A DNA stretch of 64,000 bases from Epiperipatus broadwayi (GCA_028023455.1 JAQFVV010000003.1:24676001-24740000), one strand, 5' to 3'. Positions 28,406 through 41,870 are shown, counted from the first letter of the stretch. The notes: a model not told the origin generated them from the letters alone. Numbers and translations: made by a program.

Positions 28406-29455
28406 CAGGAGTCTGTAACCTAGAGCACGCAGATTTTGATTGAATTGAAATAGTAAAAAATTATATTTTAATTACTGAATTGAAATAGTAAAAAAATTAT
28501 ATTTTAATTACGTGTTTGCGCCATCACGTATGTTTTGTATACATAGCTCACATGTAAATGGAAACTGTGATTCACTTTAATTTACTAATTATTTTATACA
28601 ATAAACCTAAACTTGATCTTTGTTATTTTTAATAAAGATAAGAGCTAAATGGGATGGAAATTATTATTTTTTCCCAGGGAAGATTTATTTTACCTGGATT
28701 TTTTTTTTTGATGGTCAATTGATCATTGATACTCTTGTGTGCAATTGCATATGGTAGAGTATTATACTGATTTGAAAAACTTCTATTCATAATTATATAA
28801 TACATTTTTACTTGAAAAAAAAAAATGTTTATAGTTAGTGATAGTCTGGTTAATATAAACAAAGTCTACAAATAAGCAAGACTTGTTAAATATCTTTTTT
28901 CTTTTCTTATAAATGCCTACAGTGTAATTAAGACAAATTTCTTGTAGAGATAAACTTCCAATTTCGAGTTTATTTTTTATGTGAAAAATGAATTTCTTTG
29001 AAACATTTTTGATGAACGCTTGAAAAATATTTGTTTTATTTTGTTAGAATTCATTAATCAGCTTTTAAAATTAAACCACTTAAAGTTAAATGTGCTTTGC
29101 ATATTTGAATTTCTATACATTAATCAGCAATTTTGTAAGCAATATATTTATTTAAGTTTTGAGATGAATTTTCTCCATGTCAAAGAAAACTTTAAGCATG
29201 TCTTTCAAATGCAGTACAATTTAATAAAACATACTTTTCACATATGATTTATGTATTTTAAAATATTGAATACCACTAATATAAGATCTGGTTATAATGA
29301 GCTTCAAAAGTATATAATATATAATTTTGAAGCTCATTATAAAGGGACCAATTTTGATATTGTATGTAATATGATTGGTAGAATCAAGTCGGCATATGGA
29401 ATAACATAACATAGGTTCAACTGTCATGACACCATTAAGAGATTGTCGAACCCTG
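28406..29455 (+). mobile_element. Non-autonomous hAT (Charlie-like) deletion derivative
   Basis: Termini CAGGAGTCTGTAACC and GATTGTCGAACCCTG. Exact 8-bp TSD CTCTATAG (28398-28405, 29456-29463). Decayed dimerisation-domain-like remnant near 29110-29200. Confidence 0.82.
28441..28511. repeat. 36-bp tandem duplication inside the small hAT element
   Basis: TGAATTGAAATAGTAAAAAATTATATTTTTAATTAC twice, with single-base indels. Confidence 0.85.
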
Positions 29456-29889
29456 CTCTATAGTAATGACTTGCTATTAAATTTTAAACGATTATTGTTT
29501 TGTATAGTTGTTAATAATTATGTTCAAATGAATTAGATATTTTTTTAAAGAAGAAATATGATTAAGTTATCTATATAAGCAATATGATTAATAAGTGCAA
29601 CATATATGCCTAGCAGTTTTTTCTGTTTGATTGAATAATGAAACAGATGAGGTTTCATGTAACTTAAACAATTTAAATGTTGACAAAAGAACGTAAAAAT
29701 GATTGATGTATTAAAATGGCAGAAGTTAAATACTATCATTTTTAGATTGTCTTTGACCAATTGACAATAAAAATTATATCATAGTCATATTAAGTCAGTA
29801 ATGATCAATACTCTTATATTTCATCAGAGTATTAATGATTTATCCAGTTGTAATTAATTTTGATTTGAATAGAAAATATCTTTTTGTGG

Positions 29890-30170
29890 TTTTAAAAAGA
29901 GATGGGTTATGGATTCTGATGGGCATTCCTGGAGAAGTTTTAAAATATGGTGATGATATATTAATCTCGAAACTTATAATTTTTTGGGAATATATGGATC
30001 AATGAGGTTGTGTCACCTAATTTTTCCAATCTAAGAATGATGGGATGAAAAGATGAATGTTATTGCTATCTACTAAAACAAAAGTACTATCAGGAATTTT
30101 ATTGAATAGATTGCTATTTTTTTTTTTTTGAATAATTGTTACCAAAGACTCATCGAGAATTAGAGGTGCA
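29890..30170 (+). mobile_element. Decayed LINE RT N-terminal fragment
   Basis: Reads approximately DGIPGEVLKYGDDILISKL...IW.NEVV...KDEC...LLST.TKVLSGILLNRL. Confidence 0.5.
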
Positions 30171-30923
30171 GCATTTATTATAAGGTTAATGAAAAAATGA
30201 GCAAAGATATGAATTATATATTGATCTTAAAAATTTAATTAGGGCATTTAGCTACTAATTGTGAAGATTTTTTATAAATAAATTTGTTTTAATGAACACA
30301 TATATATAGTTGAAATTTAGCTATAGTTTGAGAAAACTGAATTGTATGGCAGAAATCATATTTAAACTAAATATCAATGTTGTAGTTTTTTTTCAGTTAT
30401 CAGAATTGAATACATAAAATATAGATATACTAGATCTCTAAACCAGAGAAGTTGAATAATCTTCTATTAAAAGTAAAAGAACTAAATATGAAATCCTGAA
30501 GTCAAATAAGAGAGGGAATAAGGACTAATTGTAGATTATATTATCTTAAGAGTACCAGAATCAGAATTGTATAAATGATGATATCATTGAAGTTTTCTTG
30601 TTAATTAGTAAATAAAGGTTTTCAATTTTTTAAATATTGAAATAACATAAAAAATTACATTTATTAATTTTATAATTTATATATTAATTGTGTTTTAATT
30701 AAATCGTTTTGTTTTTTTGCCTTTAGAGGAAAGGGAGGATATAAGCATAAATATAAAAACCACAATAATGACAATTTGATCTTGTCTAATTTTGAACATT
30801 TTCTTCTATGGAATCATTTAAGTCTTTTTTACATTATGATAAGTTTTCTATTAATATTTGGAAAATATATATTCAATAAATAACCAGATCAAATTAATTT
30901 ACAATGTTTCTGATGTAAGCTAC

Positions 30924-31070
30924 ATACTCATATGCTATTGATCTAGTGAAAAAGATATACGACTGATCTTTTTCATATTATATGTGTTTCTCAGAATACT
31001 CATATGCTATTGATCTAGTGAAAAAGATATACGACTAATCTTTTTCATATTATATGTGTTTCTCAGAATA
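30924..31070. repeat. 72-bp tandem duplication
   Basis: Two copies with one mismatch. Each contains the hairpin TGAAAAAGAT-9 nt-ATCTTTTTCA. Confidence 0.9.
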
Positions 31071-34021
31071 AATTTCTGTTCTTCAAATGAGTTAGAAGTT
31101 TGAACATTTCAAACTGTCCACCAAAAACAATAATGTGACTTTATATTTAAATATCTTAATTGTAAATTTACGGCATTAAGGTTTGAATACAGTCGCAGTC
31201 AAATACATATGCATGATGTTAAATTTTTGACTGCAATACTATAAACTACTTTCAATAGATAGAGAATATTGAATATTAAACTTGTTTATCCTGTATAATA
31301 CTTAGTATTAAGTACATGCATATATTCTTGTTTCATTGTTATTAAATTCTTATCATGAGAAGGTTTATTTCTTTTGTTTTCCAACTCATTGTAATAGTTG
31401 ATAAATATCTTCTTGGGACAAAAAAAGAATATGCATTTTATAATTAATCCTACTTTTTTGATATAATAGATTATAAAATAAACAGGTTTTTTGATAATTT
31501 CAAATCATAATTTTTTTTTATTACATGGCAGCCATAAAATGCATATTTGTTGTCAAGTCTGGCAATTATCTCGGGTTGAGATCAACTACCATTGATTGAA
31601 TAAATGTGAATACAGCTGAATTACATTCTTTCATTGAGCTTGTTATATATCTGTGATTGCTTGATGTTTTGGTTAGATAAATAAAGCCAAAGGGTAGCAT
31701 TTATAAAATTTGAAATTAATTACTATAGTATTCCCTCGCCTCCCTCACCCCAATGGTAGTTAAGTGAGAGGGAATTCTATCTTAAGAAGGAAATTTTTAT
31801 TTTAGCAAAGAAATTTTTCAATGAACATTTGCAACTCAAAATACAAAATACTTAGAAATGGTAGTTGCAAATTATAAACATTGACTGAAGATTTAGTTTC
31901 AAGAATCGTATTCATTGTTTAAATATTTCTTTCTTAAATTATCATTATTTTGATATTACCTTTCATGTGTCCATGAATATCTCTCTCATAGTCTCAACCT
32001 TCTATACTGATTCCATTTTGCTTCACAGTATCTTTCGCTAGAGTGTCTCAAATGTCTGTCATGAACAGTGATCCATCAGCCAATGTAAGAGGCTCCTATG
32101 TCGAAATTATTTAACCAGTGATTATATTGCTGACATGCCAGCTAGCAATTAGAGTGGATCTCACAATTTTTCTCTAGGGAAAAAAAAGTCTGAAGACTGA
32201 GCATTTAAATATGATAAACTTTGACTCAAATGATGCTAAATATTCTATGAATCTCTTAATAATATTAAGTGGGGGGTTGAAACTCAAGTAGAAAATATCT
32301 TTCTTGGTGATAAAACAGTTGCTGATAGCAAAACATTCAAAAGAAAAGTTTTTCAAGCATAATTTAAGATTACATTTTTTTAAAAAAAAAAAACCTTTAA
32401 AGTAAACCTTATTTCATAATCACTGGTGTATCGTTTCTTGTTGCAGACAATCATTAGAAAGCAAAGATATTTTGAAGTTATTAAAATTATTTAAAGTTTT
32501 AAACTTTAGTTATTCTAAGTAATAAACAAGCTTTTCTTAGAAAATTAATAATAGAACATGAAATTATATCTGATGCATTTTTAGCTAATTTTTCAATGGT
32601 AGATACTTTTCCTGATTTTTTTTTTTTTTTAAATTACATTAAACATAAATAAATATAAAATACTTTTAAAAGAACACTTTATTTTTATATTTTACATTAT
32701 CATTACTAAAAATACAGATTTATAAAGGATAAAAGAGACCCTGCATTGTAAGAGTTGACTTTATTTACTTATAAAAGTTGAAACATTTTGAAATCATAAC
32801 ATTAAATATATATCTAAATTAGTAGGATTACTATAAGGTGGGGAAATGAGAACAGAAATTTTGTTGCCATCAATATTCTACAGAAAATTAATAATTAACT
32901 TTAAAGATTCCATCACCTTTTGACATTTTTTTTTTTTGTCATATATAATTTATATATAAATAGAAAGAAAAAAAAATATCCCCAATAATGTCAGTATCTA
33001 AAATTCTTATTTTATAAATTAGCTATAACGTATTTTACAAAAATTTAATACCAAGACTTAACATTTGATACAATTTGGTATGAATGATCTATAAAACATG
33101 ATTGTTTAAAGACTTTAAAATTGTCACAATACAAAACCCTGAGATTTTGATATATAGTATTTTGAATTCCACTGGTCCAGTTACAGAGACTATCAAATCA
33201 GTTGTTCTGCAAACTTGTACTAAAATTTAATTTGGTGAGAGTTGCAGGCACATAATATTTTAAATTAATCATATTTTAAGTTGTTGTTAGTGTTACAAAA
33301 TAATTTTATACATTTTAAAACACTAAGTTCATTAATTAGAAATAGAATTGTTTGATTAAATGCTTTTCATATAATATAAGAAATCTACTATCCTTTAAGT
33401 ATAAGAAATTTTATCATCTTTGAAATGTTTTATTTTGAATGATCATCTTAAGTATGAGAAACTAGTACTATTGAAAGATATCAATAATAATAATTTTTTC
33501 CCATTAAAAAGGCATAAAAAAGTAATTTTATTGAACAAATATGGAGATAATGAATTCAATATTAACAATCTAAAATATGATATATATTTTTTGCCATGGC
33601 TGGAGAATTATTCTCATTAAGGAATGTTGTTGGGGAAAATGTCTTAATTAAAGTGAAGTTCTATTTTTCAAATGCTTTTCTGAATAAAAATAATGCTGAC
33701 TTCTAATATCAGACCAGCTGCTTGGCAATATAATTTTCTTTGGCACATACACTTCAAGAGTTTTAAAACAAACTCATCGTAACCAACATCATGAAAATAA
33801 CATTTTAAAACAAAAATTAATTTAATCTATATACTACTTTAAATATATATATAGTCCTGAAAAAAAAATCTCTCCTGACTTGGTCTGAACTCCCGTGATC
33901 CCTTAAGGCATCGTGGAAGAGTAAGGGAGAGACTGTCCCAGAAGCTTGCAGTGACCAACTGGGAAACCTCTGTACTGGTTATCAGTACCTTCCATGAAGT
34001 TATTCAAGGCACTCTATATGC

Positions 34022-34027
34022 TTTATT
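34022..34027 (-). terminator. Candidate GRIP polyadenylation signal
   Basis: AATAAA on -, about 165 nt after the stop. Weak evidence in AT-rich DNA. Confidence 0.25.
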
Positions 34028-34190
34028 AATTTATTACAAAAGAATATTTCATTTGGTCCATTTTCTTTTACTAAATATTATTATATGTTCTATTTACAAG
34101 AAAATCTTAGAGGTAAACCATGTCAATTTATAAATGCTTGTTTAAGAAGAAAAAAAAAAGAAAAATGCAAAAAGCTTAATAACTCGATCA

Positions 34191-34394
34191 TCACAGAGTT
34201 TTGGTGAGAGTACTAGGTGTTGATGGTGGTGGTGGTGAATCTTCTCTCATATCTTCCCAAGGATTTGCTATATCTAAAGGTATGTGTTTAGTGAGAGGAT
34301 TTCGTGTGATTAAGATGTCTATTTTATCACCTGCAGTAGCAATTAATGGCACAGCAAGACAGCAATCAAACTCCCTTGTTTTAGTAGAATTGAC
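34191..34394 (-). CDS. GRIP: GRIP terminal coding exon, end of PDZ7
   Basis: T-tract plus CAAAG acceptor. Reads VNSTKTREFDCCLAVPLIATAGDKIDILITRNPL...PSTLTKTL*, with TGA at 34191-34193. FDCCL.VPLIA is the GRIP PDZ7 signature. Confidence 0.94.
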   Translation of the reverse strand, partial: VNSTKTREFDCCLAVPLIATAGDKIDILITRNPLTKHIPLDIANPWEDMREDSPPPPSTPSTLTKTL

Positions 34395-36840
34395 CTTTGA
34401 AAAAAAAAAATATATATATATATATTAATTTAGTAACATACAACTTTCTATATAATAAAGTAATTTTTAAGTTACAAGTACAAATAGCTATAAAATAAGT
34501 GTTAATATGTAGGTATAAATTCTGTAGCTGAGACAACTTGAATAGTTCTAAAAGAATTATAATTATTTTAATGATTTCTATCTAAATTTCAATATTTATT
34601 AGACTATTCAACTTGAGCAAGACTATTTTTGTAGTATAATTATTTATGAGTCTATTTCTATTATGTAGTTTAATTATTAAATGTTTTTAGAAAATTCAAA
34701 CATGCTTTTTCAAATACATTCAACTTTACGTAATATCGCACATAGTAATAGTTGTGGCATTCACTTTTTAGGTTTTTCTACTTGACCAGTTGCATTACTG
34801 ACATGGGAATAGAATTTTAGTATAAATATTGAATTTAAGATGAATGTAATTATAAGACTATTTTGATAAGGTAGGTAGTTGGTCAGAGCTTTATGATATT
34901 GAATTCAGTATTATCTAAAGGTCACTGATTCCACTCTCATGCCAATACTATCATTGTCGAGACTAGCAACACCTGAAGAAGAAAGAATAATATTATTTGA
35001 AATGTATTATATGTATTAACCAAGGCATTATTATTAACAATTGAATGTATACAGAAAAATATAAATAACATGAATTTATCTAAAAACATTTCAATTAAAC
35101 TTGATAATAGGAGTAGTTAAACATATAACTACAAATTATGTGTTTTGATCATACATTTCAGATAAGCATATTTAATATTTATTTTGCCTTAGTGTAAATT
35201 TTAATTAGTATAATTGATGGACTATTGCCAGTTGATAAACAATTATATGTTTTTTGTTACTGTTAGATCACACATTTTTATATGATTCTTGGGTTCAAAC
35301 ACATTATTTTACGTTCATAAGTGCAATCAGATATAAATCAGTCAACAAACATTTCTAAATTTCTTATATTTAGTCATTATAATCCATCTGCTACATGTTC
35401 AATCCATCTCCATTTTCCTACATTTCTCTGAATAATTTGCAAATGGATATATAAATATTTTAGATTTAACTGCAAAACAGGTATACAATATTTACATTTA
35501 ATTTTTATAATATAGTAATGTATATCTACATTATCATAAACAATATGTGAGAAGTGTCTCTTAGTTATATATATTCTTTGTTTGAGATCAATGCTCTGGG
35601 TATGATGGATCTTGTGGGAGATTAAGATCTATGGATCATGGTTTTATCTCTGATTCTAGAGCTTGAAATTCTTGTAAAATCCTGAATAATAAACAGATTA
35701 TTATTATTTATAATTAATGTAATGTTTCTATTATTTTTTTGTTACATCAATACAATTTTATTTTATCACACAAAATTTATATAAGAGGAGATGGAATATC
35801 TTGTATCCATACATGCATCATAATATGAATATATATTCAGTATAAGAGATTCCAAGATGGAGTTTATTCCACCAGATCCATGATATTCTTTGAATTATTA
35901 TTGTATTTTGCTAAAAACTAAAATGTCTTTATGAAACCGTTACCTTGATCTTCATATCAAAATAAACTCAGTAAGAGAATACAATTTAAAATCAATAATT
36001 AAAATTTCATGTAAAAATGGCAAAAAAAAATTTAAAACATAAACCTATCTGCAAAAGTTTAGGTAGGACTTTTGATTACAAGCATGGTACCTCATGATTA
36101 CTCATTAGACTGGATAATTGTGAAAAGTTAGATAATTTTTTGTATCTGAAAATCTTGTGGCATTTGATCAAACTTTCATAAGTTTTAAGGGTTTTCTATA
36201 TTTCACTTATTTTCAAAGTTTTTATATCTACTATAAACAAAACATTTGGTAAAATGATATTCCAAGCTGTTTGACTAAGGAATTAGTTTTATCATTCATT
36301 CAAATAAAAGTAAACAACTTTTTGTTTCATTTCAGATTTGAATCCTCAAGATGGTTTTAAAAAAGTAATCTGTATTCTCTCAATTGAAGAGACTTTATCC
36401 TCATTGAGTCAACTATGGTTATTACTTAATCTTGACCATAAAGACTTATATCAATGAATTTAAATTAATGATGGTTATTGACTTATACACTATTTGTAAT
36501 CAGTATATTCAGATACATCTTTAATAGTTGTATAATAATATAATTGATAATGAAAAATACCATCTCAAGAAAGGCTTGACCTATACAAGCCAAATAGTTT
36601 TATTGAAGTGGTGCCTTCAATTTACAAAAATAATAGAGGAAAATATATGTAATCTTTAAATACGAAGATATTTTAGGTACATCAATAAGCTAAATATAAA
36701 TAAATTTATATATCTATGTAATATTTAATAAATATGACCAATTTTAATTTATGCATTTGTTACAATATTTTGTATGCACCCCTTTCCCAAATTGTTATAA
36801 ATTAACAAAACTATTCCATATCAGAGGGAAAAAAAGTTAC

Positions 36841-37448
36841 CTGTAATATACGATCATAAGGTTTAAGCATTCCACTCATATCTGCAGGTCCACCAGGTCT
36901 AATCCTATTTACATAAATACCTCTCTCGTATAGACCATCAGATACACTAAATCCAAAGTCTTCATATACTTTATCTTTGTATAATGTCACTTTATGGAGT
37001 TCAAGAGGAGGAGAAGGAAAAAGTGGATGATCATCTACTTTACGATTTTCTCTTTGAGTCCTGTTGTATGGTAAAGTATTGCTTCGGTTAGTGAAATCAT
37101 CTTTCATGCGATAATCCATACAGGTATGGATATTTTCACTAGATTCATTATGGCTTCTCGCTGTTGGAGTTAAATCCACACTGCAAATAGATCCACTCAT
37201 AATACTGGCTTCAATCTGTCGAAGAAGTTGAGATTCTCCACACGTTTCTAAGTCTTCTAATGCTTTATTCCATTCTTTATCTTCATGCTCAGACTGTGCT
37301 TCATTACTACTTGGATAACTACAGTAGCTGTAACCATTTGTTCTAGTTTCCCAGTCATCTTCTGAATGAACTCCATCTTCCTCTACTGAACCATCACCTT
37401 GGCATGGAAGACTCCGTGATGATTGTAACCGACAAGCAGAAGATAACC
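36841..37448 (-). CDS. GRIP: GRIP exon, linker plus most of PDZ7
   Basis: TTTCAG acceptor and GTAACT donor, 608 nt open. Contains W.KALEDLETCGESQLLRQIEASIMSG and ELHKVTLYKDKVYEDFGFSVSDGLYERGIYVNRIRPGGPADMSGMLKPYDRILQ, both characteristic of GRIP. Confidence 0.95.
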
Positions 37449-37879
37449 CTGAAAGACATTGTGAAGTTAAATTACATAGTGCTGATTATTAAATTTTATA
37501 TCAATTTATTAATATTTACTAATATAATGAAACATTAATTTGTAAAGCAGTGAATGGTAAAATCAATCATTGTCAAAGATCTATTGGAGTTAACAAATTT
37601 GCTCTCCAGTAAATAAAAAAATGATAAAATATAGGTAAATGAATGGATAGACATAAAGAGTAGTTGAACAAAATATTGGGAACATTTATTAGAATATGGG
37701 TAGATGAATGAATAGATATAAAAAGTTGGACAAAATAACGGGAACACTTGTTTCATAAATTCTATTTAAAGATGTAGCCTTAATGTATATTACTTTAAAG
37801 TAAAGAGTATGTGTTTTATAAATATAATTATTACAACTTTAAAGATGTAGAGCAGAAATGCAAATGCAATTCACTATTT

Positions 37880-39900
37880 TTTTTCCTTTGCAAATAGAAC
37901 TCCAAAGAGTAATTGATAAGAAATTGATTTCAGCTTCATAAGCCTGTAAACATGTTGGATCATCTTTAAAAATGGTCAAATTGTTGATGGCATTATTGTT
38001 TCACATCAAGTTTCAAGAATGATGACTATAATCTCTAAAGATAGGAGAGCAAACCATGGTGTAAGGGATCATGATAAGTGTCAATATTTTCTAAGATCAA
38101 AAAGACACTAGGGATTATAATCAAAAAAATCACCACTGAACAAGTCATTATAATGGTTAATATCACCACATTTGGACATTTTGATGTCTATTAAATAATA
38201 CAAGTAGAATACTTATGGCTGAACTAACACTTCAAATTTATTGATATCTAATCTGAATTCTATGTTATGGAAGCAATGATGTCATAAGTACAAGACTTCA
38301 ACAGTAAATGAATGGATGCATGTCATGGTTAGATAAATCATTTACATTTGTCCAATAATAGAAGTGTTTAGTATCTGATAATCACAAGAGTATTGCACAC
38401 AACAATGAAAGTTATAAATTGGAAAGCAATATGATTATTTTCTCTTAGTCTAATCATTACTTTGAAGCATTTTAGGAACTGTATTCACCCTGTGGCACAT
38501 CATTTTCCATAAATGACAATGCTCCCATGCAATTAAATGTTAGTTTGAAGAACTTCAGCACGACATCATACATCTTCAATGCTTTCTCAATCACTAATCT
38601 AAATATTATTGAACTGCTGTAGACTTTCTGAATAAAAAAGAGGTTATGTTCTACTAACATCTCATGGTTGAATGGTTTAATATTTCATTCAAATGCTAGA
38701 CTATTTTACTCCTGATATAGGTAGAATACAAATAAATCTTGATGCAAATAATAGTATTACAAATGGTCTTAATTATTTTGTCCAATCTTGAGTGTGCATA
38801 TAGATTTTAGAGAAACACAAAATAGACATAGTATTCTATCACTAAAATTTAATTGATATTTTTTTGAAATATATTTCTTTAAAAACAATATAAAATATAT
38901 TTTGGGCTGTGTGTGTGTAAATGTATTAAAAAATCTTAAAACTCTATAAAATTTCAATTGATTTATTATATATAACAAAATACAAAAGTAAAATTGTGTT
39001 CCAAGATAATTTCTATCTCTAAAATGTAGTGTCTCCATCTTATACTACTGCAATATATAATTATAAACCTAAAAAGTGTTTTCTTCTTATATTTGCAAAT
39101 TTATATATAAATGTACTCCTTAACAGTGCAATTCTATTAATAACGAATACTCAACTCATTTGTTCTTAAGAAAATATAAGCAGTAATTACATATTACAAT
39201 ATCATATTAGAATATCATGGACAGATTTATTGTATCTACTAATAAGATTTACAAAGGTCTTTGTAAACATTATTATTTGTCAGATTTTCTACAATTAGAA
39301 AATGAGAAATAATCATTGCTATAATCTATCTGTCAATTCTTGAAAATTTAATAAATGATATATTCTGGAAACATTTCATTGTGAATTGGAGAATTTTAAT
39401 GACAAAGATATAGGAAGGTGCCACCATCTCATTACAAATTTCTGAGGCATTGGCAGAAAGGCAAAAATGCACTTGAATATTACCAAATTTTAGCAGATTA
39501 CAACACAAGTTTTTGGGACTAGAAAATCAAATTATAATTACCACTGAAGCACTGTTATTGTAGCCAATCTTAATGGACTTTTTTTGTCACACTAATGGTG
39601 GATTCCAAATCGTACTTACAAATAATTTAGTTCTTTGCTATTGAAGAACATGATCAAAATATTTTCAATAGGAGAGTATTATGAACATATTATTTATCTA
39701 AACATGATATTTCAAAGTTAAGAAAGGAGTAGGCATTTTCAGGGACTCCCCACTCTCCTGATCTGATCTCCAAATTAGAAGTGAAAAATGAAATAATAAT
39801 GTTTTCCAGCAAAGAATATGAATATGGTGATATTCATTCTCATCAACTATTTTGCCAGTGTTAAATCCTTAATGTTTGATACTAATTGGACATTACCTGA
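37880..39900 (-). mobile_element. Probable heavily decayed LINE
   Basis: Scattered RT-like fragments on - (e.g. NDVPQG near 38490-38510). Boundaries are uncertain. Confidence 0.3.
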
Positions 39901-40356
39901 GACTGAACATAAATAAAATTCTTCAAATGTGACTTCAATTTACATTTGACTATAAAATATATATATATTTTATATAGTAGTAAGGTAATTTGATATATAT
40001 ATACACATGACGTTTGAATTTTGAGAATTTTTTAATAACAAGGTAGAATTAAGTGAATTAATGAAATCAATGCAGTGATGATAGCGACAAAGAAGGGATA
40101 AATGGGGGGGGGGGGTAAGAAGAGGAGAAATTATTCCTTTTTTTTTATATCTCCCAGAAATGAGATTAGTTTTTTTTTTTTTGGAATCCACAACAATGAT
40201 TTGTTTAATCAGAAAATATAAATATACACTCAGAAAAATAATTAATAAAATAAAAAATTGAGTTGCACATAAAAATAGAGATCTAAACCAAAAAAAAAAA
40301 CAAGGAGCAATCCCTATCACACTACTACAATATTAAACTGTAATCATGTATATTAC

Positions 40357-40519
40357 CTGATTTATTTACTCGATCAGTAGATAAAGTTTTCTTTGAAATG
40401 GCACCAGCAATAGGCCTTGTATGCATTGTTTCTAATCCAGAACTATCCCAGGATTCAACAGCACTATCAATGCTAGGAATTGTAGAACCAAACTTGCTAA
40501 TAAAGTCGTCATGTTCGAT
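40357..40519 (-). CDS. GRIP: GRIP exon, PDZ6-PDZ7 linker
   Basis: TTTTAG acceptor and GTAATA donor, 163 nt. Reads IEHDDFISKFGSTIPSIDSAVESWDSSGLETMHTRPIAGAISKKTLSTDRVNKS, containing the conserved GRIP linker motif PS.DSAV.SWD. Confidence 0.9.
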
Positions 40520-40775
40520 CTAAAATAAATATGAGTTTTTAATTATAGTACATTATGTATGAGTGTTGTTTTTTTTTTTAAAAAGGGTATACTGTAATCC
40601 AGAATAAATAATTTAAAAAAAAAAAAAATTATTTATTAATATTCTAACTTTGAGCATAGTGATGCAATATTTTTATCATTTTTCTTTATGTATTTTTTTT
40701 TTTTTTAAGACAGTGAAAAACACGCAAATATATAATCCTTATGCAAGGTTATGTTATTCAACTTTTTGACAGGTG

Positions 40776-40881
40776 TCTTGCATTGGTGGTCGAGAGGTCA
40801 GCGCGACTGCCTTGCACTTGCAGGCAGTTGCCCGGGTTGTGGGTTTGCGTCCTGGCCGGTGCTATGACATTAAAAAAAAAA
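40776..40881 (+). mobile_element. Short tRNA-Gly-derived SINE-like retroposon with A-tail
   Basis: 106-nt GC/CpG-rich insert. GCATTGGTGGT 5' end and GCCCGGGTT match eukaryotic tRNA-Gly. A-tail at 40872-40881. 16-bp TSD AACTTTTTGACAGGTG (40760-40775, 40882-40897). Confidence 0.85.
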
Positions 40882-41477
40882 AACTTTTTGACAGGTGATA
40901 AAAAAAAACAATTGCTGTAACATCTAAGATTTACATAGTTATCAAGATGTATGCCAATTTTCCAACTGTTTCATGAATACTGGTGAAAACAATATTAGAA
41001 AATTTAAGATATCTGTCAAAAAAAGTAAGATTTGTTAACGACATCTAGAGAGGAGTACAACTAAGTGGATTCACAACAATTATTAGTTAAGATCTAGTTC
41101 CTTTATGGTAATACAATTAACTATTTATGTTGAGAGACATGTAAGAAAAATATTTGTAAAAATATTTTAAAATTATTTTTATAAGAAAATTCATATACAT
41201 GTATTGAGTATATCTTCATCCATATTTTATACTTTTAAAATTACATATCTGGCTACAAAACTAAATGAAAATTTTAAAATCATTAATGGTCATTATAAAT
41301 GAGAGAAAAATAAAGGGTTAGACATCAAAGAAAACTGACTGCATACAATTGAAATATGAATATAGATACAATTTGATTTGGCATAGTAAGTGCATAAATA
41401 CTTGATGGCATGAGAGATGACAAAATCAGCAAATTAAAAGATAAAATAAACACAGTTTAATATAAGTATTAGTAATA

Positions 41478-41870
41478 AGTTGTATTTATATTTTGGACTA
41501 TTTCCATCATCTAATATGAGTACTGATTGTCTTTAGAAAAATTTAACTTTATTTAAATATTCCAAATACATTCAACTGTTAGTAATAGCAGACATGTTTT
41601 GAGAGATACTATTCTCCCCTCTTCAGGTGTTGCTGGCCTGACAGTACTAGCATGAGTCCAGGTTTGATTCTCATGCTAGTACACTCATTGGTCAGACCAG
41701 CAACACCTGAAGAAGGAGGGAGAATAATACCTCTCAAAACATTGTGCGTATACTAACCAGTATGCTATTACAAACAGCTGAATGTATTTGGAATATTTAA
41801 ATAAAGTTAATTTTTTCTCAAGACATTCAATACTCAGATGATGGAAATAGTCCAACAAATAAATACAACT
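41478..41870. mobile_element. 393-bp palindromic element with decayed hammerhead-like motifs in both arms
   Basis: Arms are reverse complements with central hairpin GTACTAGCATGAG/CTCATGCTAGTAC. The left arm read on - gives CTGAAGA-G-GGGAGA(ATAGTA)TCTCTC-AAAA-CATG-TC; the right arm (41707) carries the same motif with an insertion and further substitutions. A third partial copy at 34925-35060 keeps GAAA. Confidence 0.75.

Noticed and set aside
34191-34205. GRIP C-terminus as a class I PDZ-binding motif
   Set aside because: It ends T-K-T-L; position -2 is Lys, not Ser or Thr.
34201-34428. 75-aa plus-strand ORF
   Set aside because: Antisense shadow of the GRIP terminal exon.
34800-34975. Apparent alternative GRIP exon after TTCTTCAG acceptor
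   Set aside because: Stops in all frames, and the sequence is a copy of the 41.5-kb repeat family.
35540-35680. Possible alternative terminal GRIP exon (TTATTCAG|GATTTTACAAGA...)
   Set aside because: In phase 0 it gives only DFTRISSSRIRDKTMIHRS*, truncating PDZ7, with no homology support; RNA data would be needed.
40776-40865. Functional tRNA gene
   Set aside because: The anticodon arm and T-loop are non-canonical, and the A-tail and TSD indicate a retroposed SINE.
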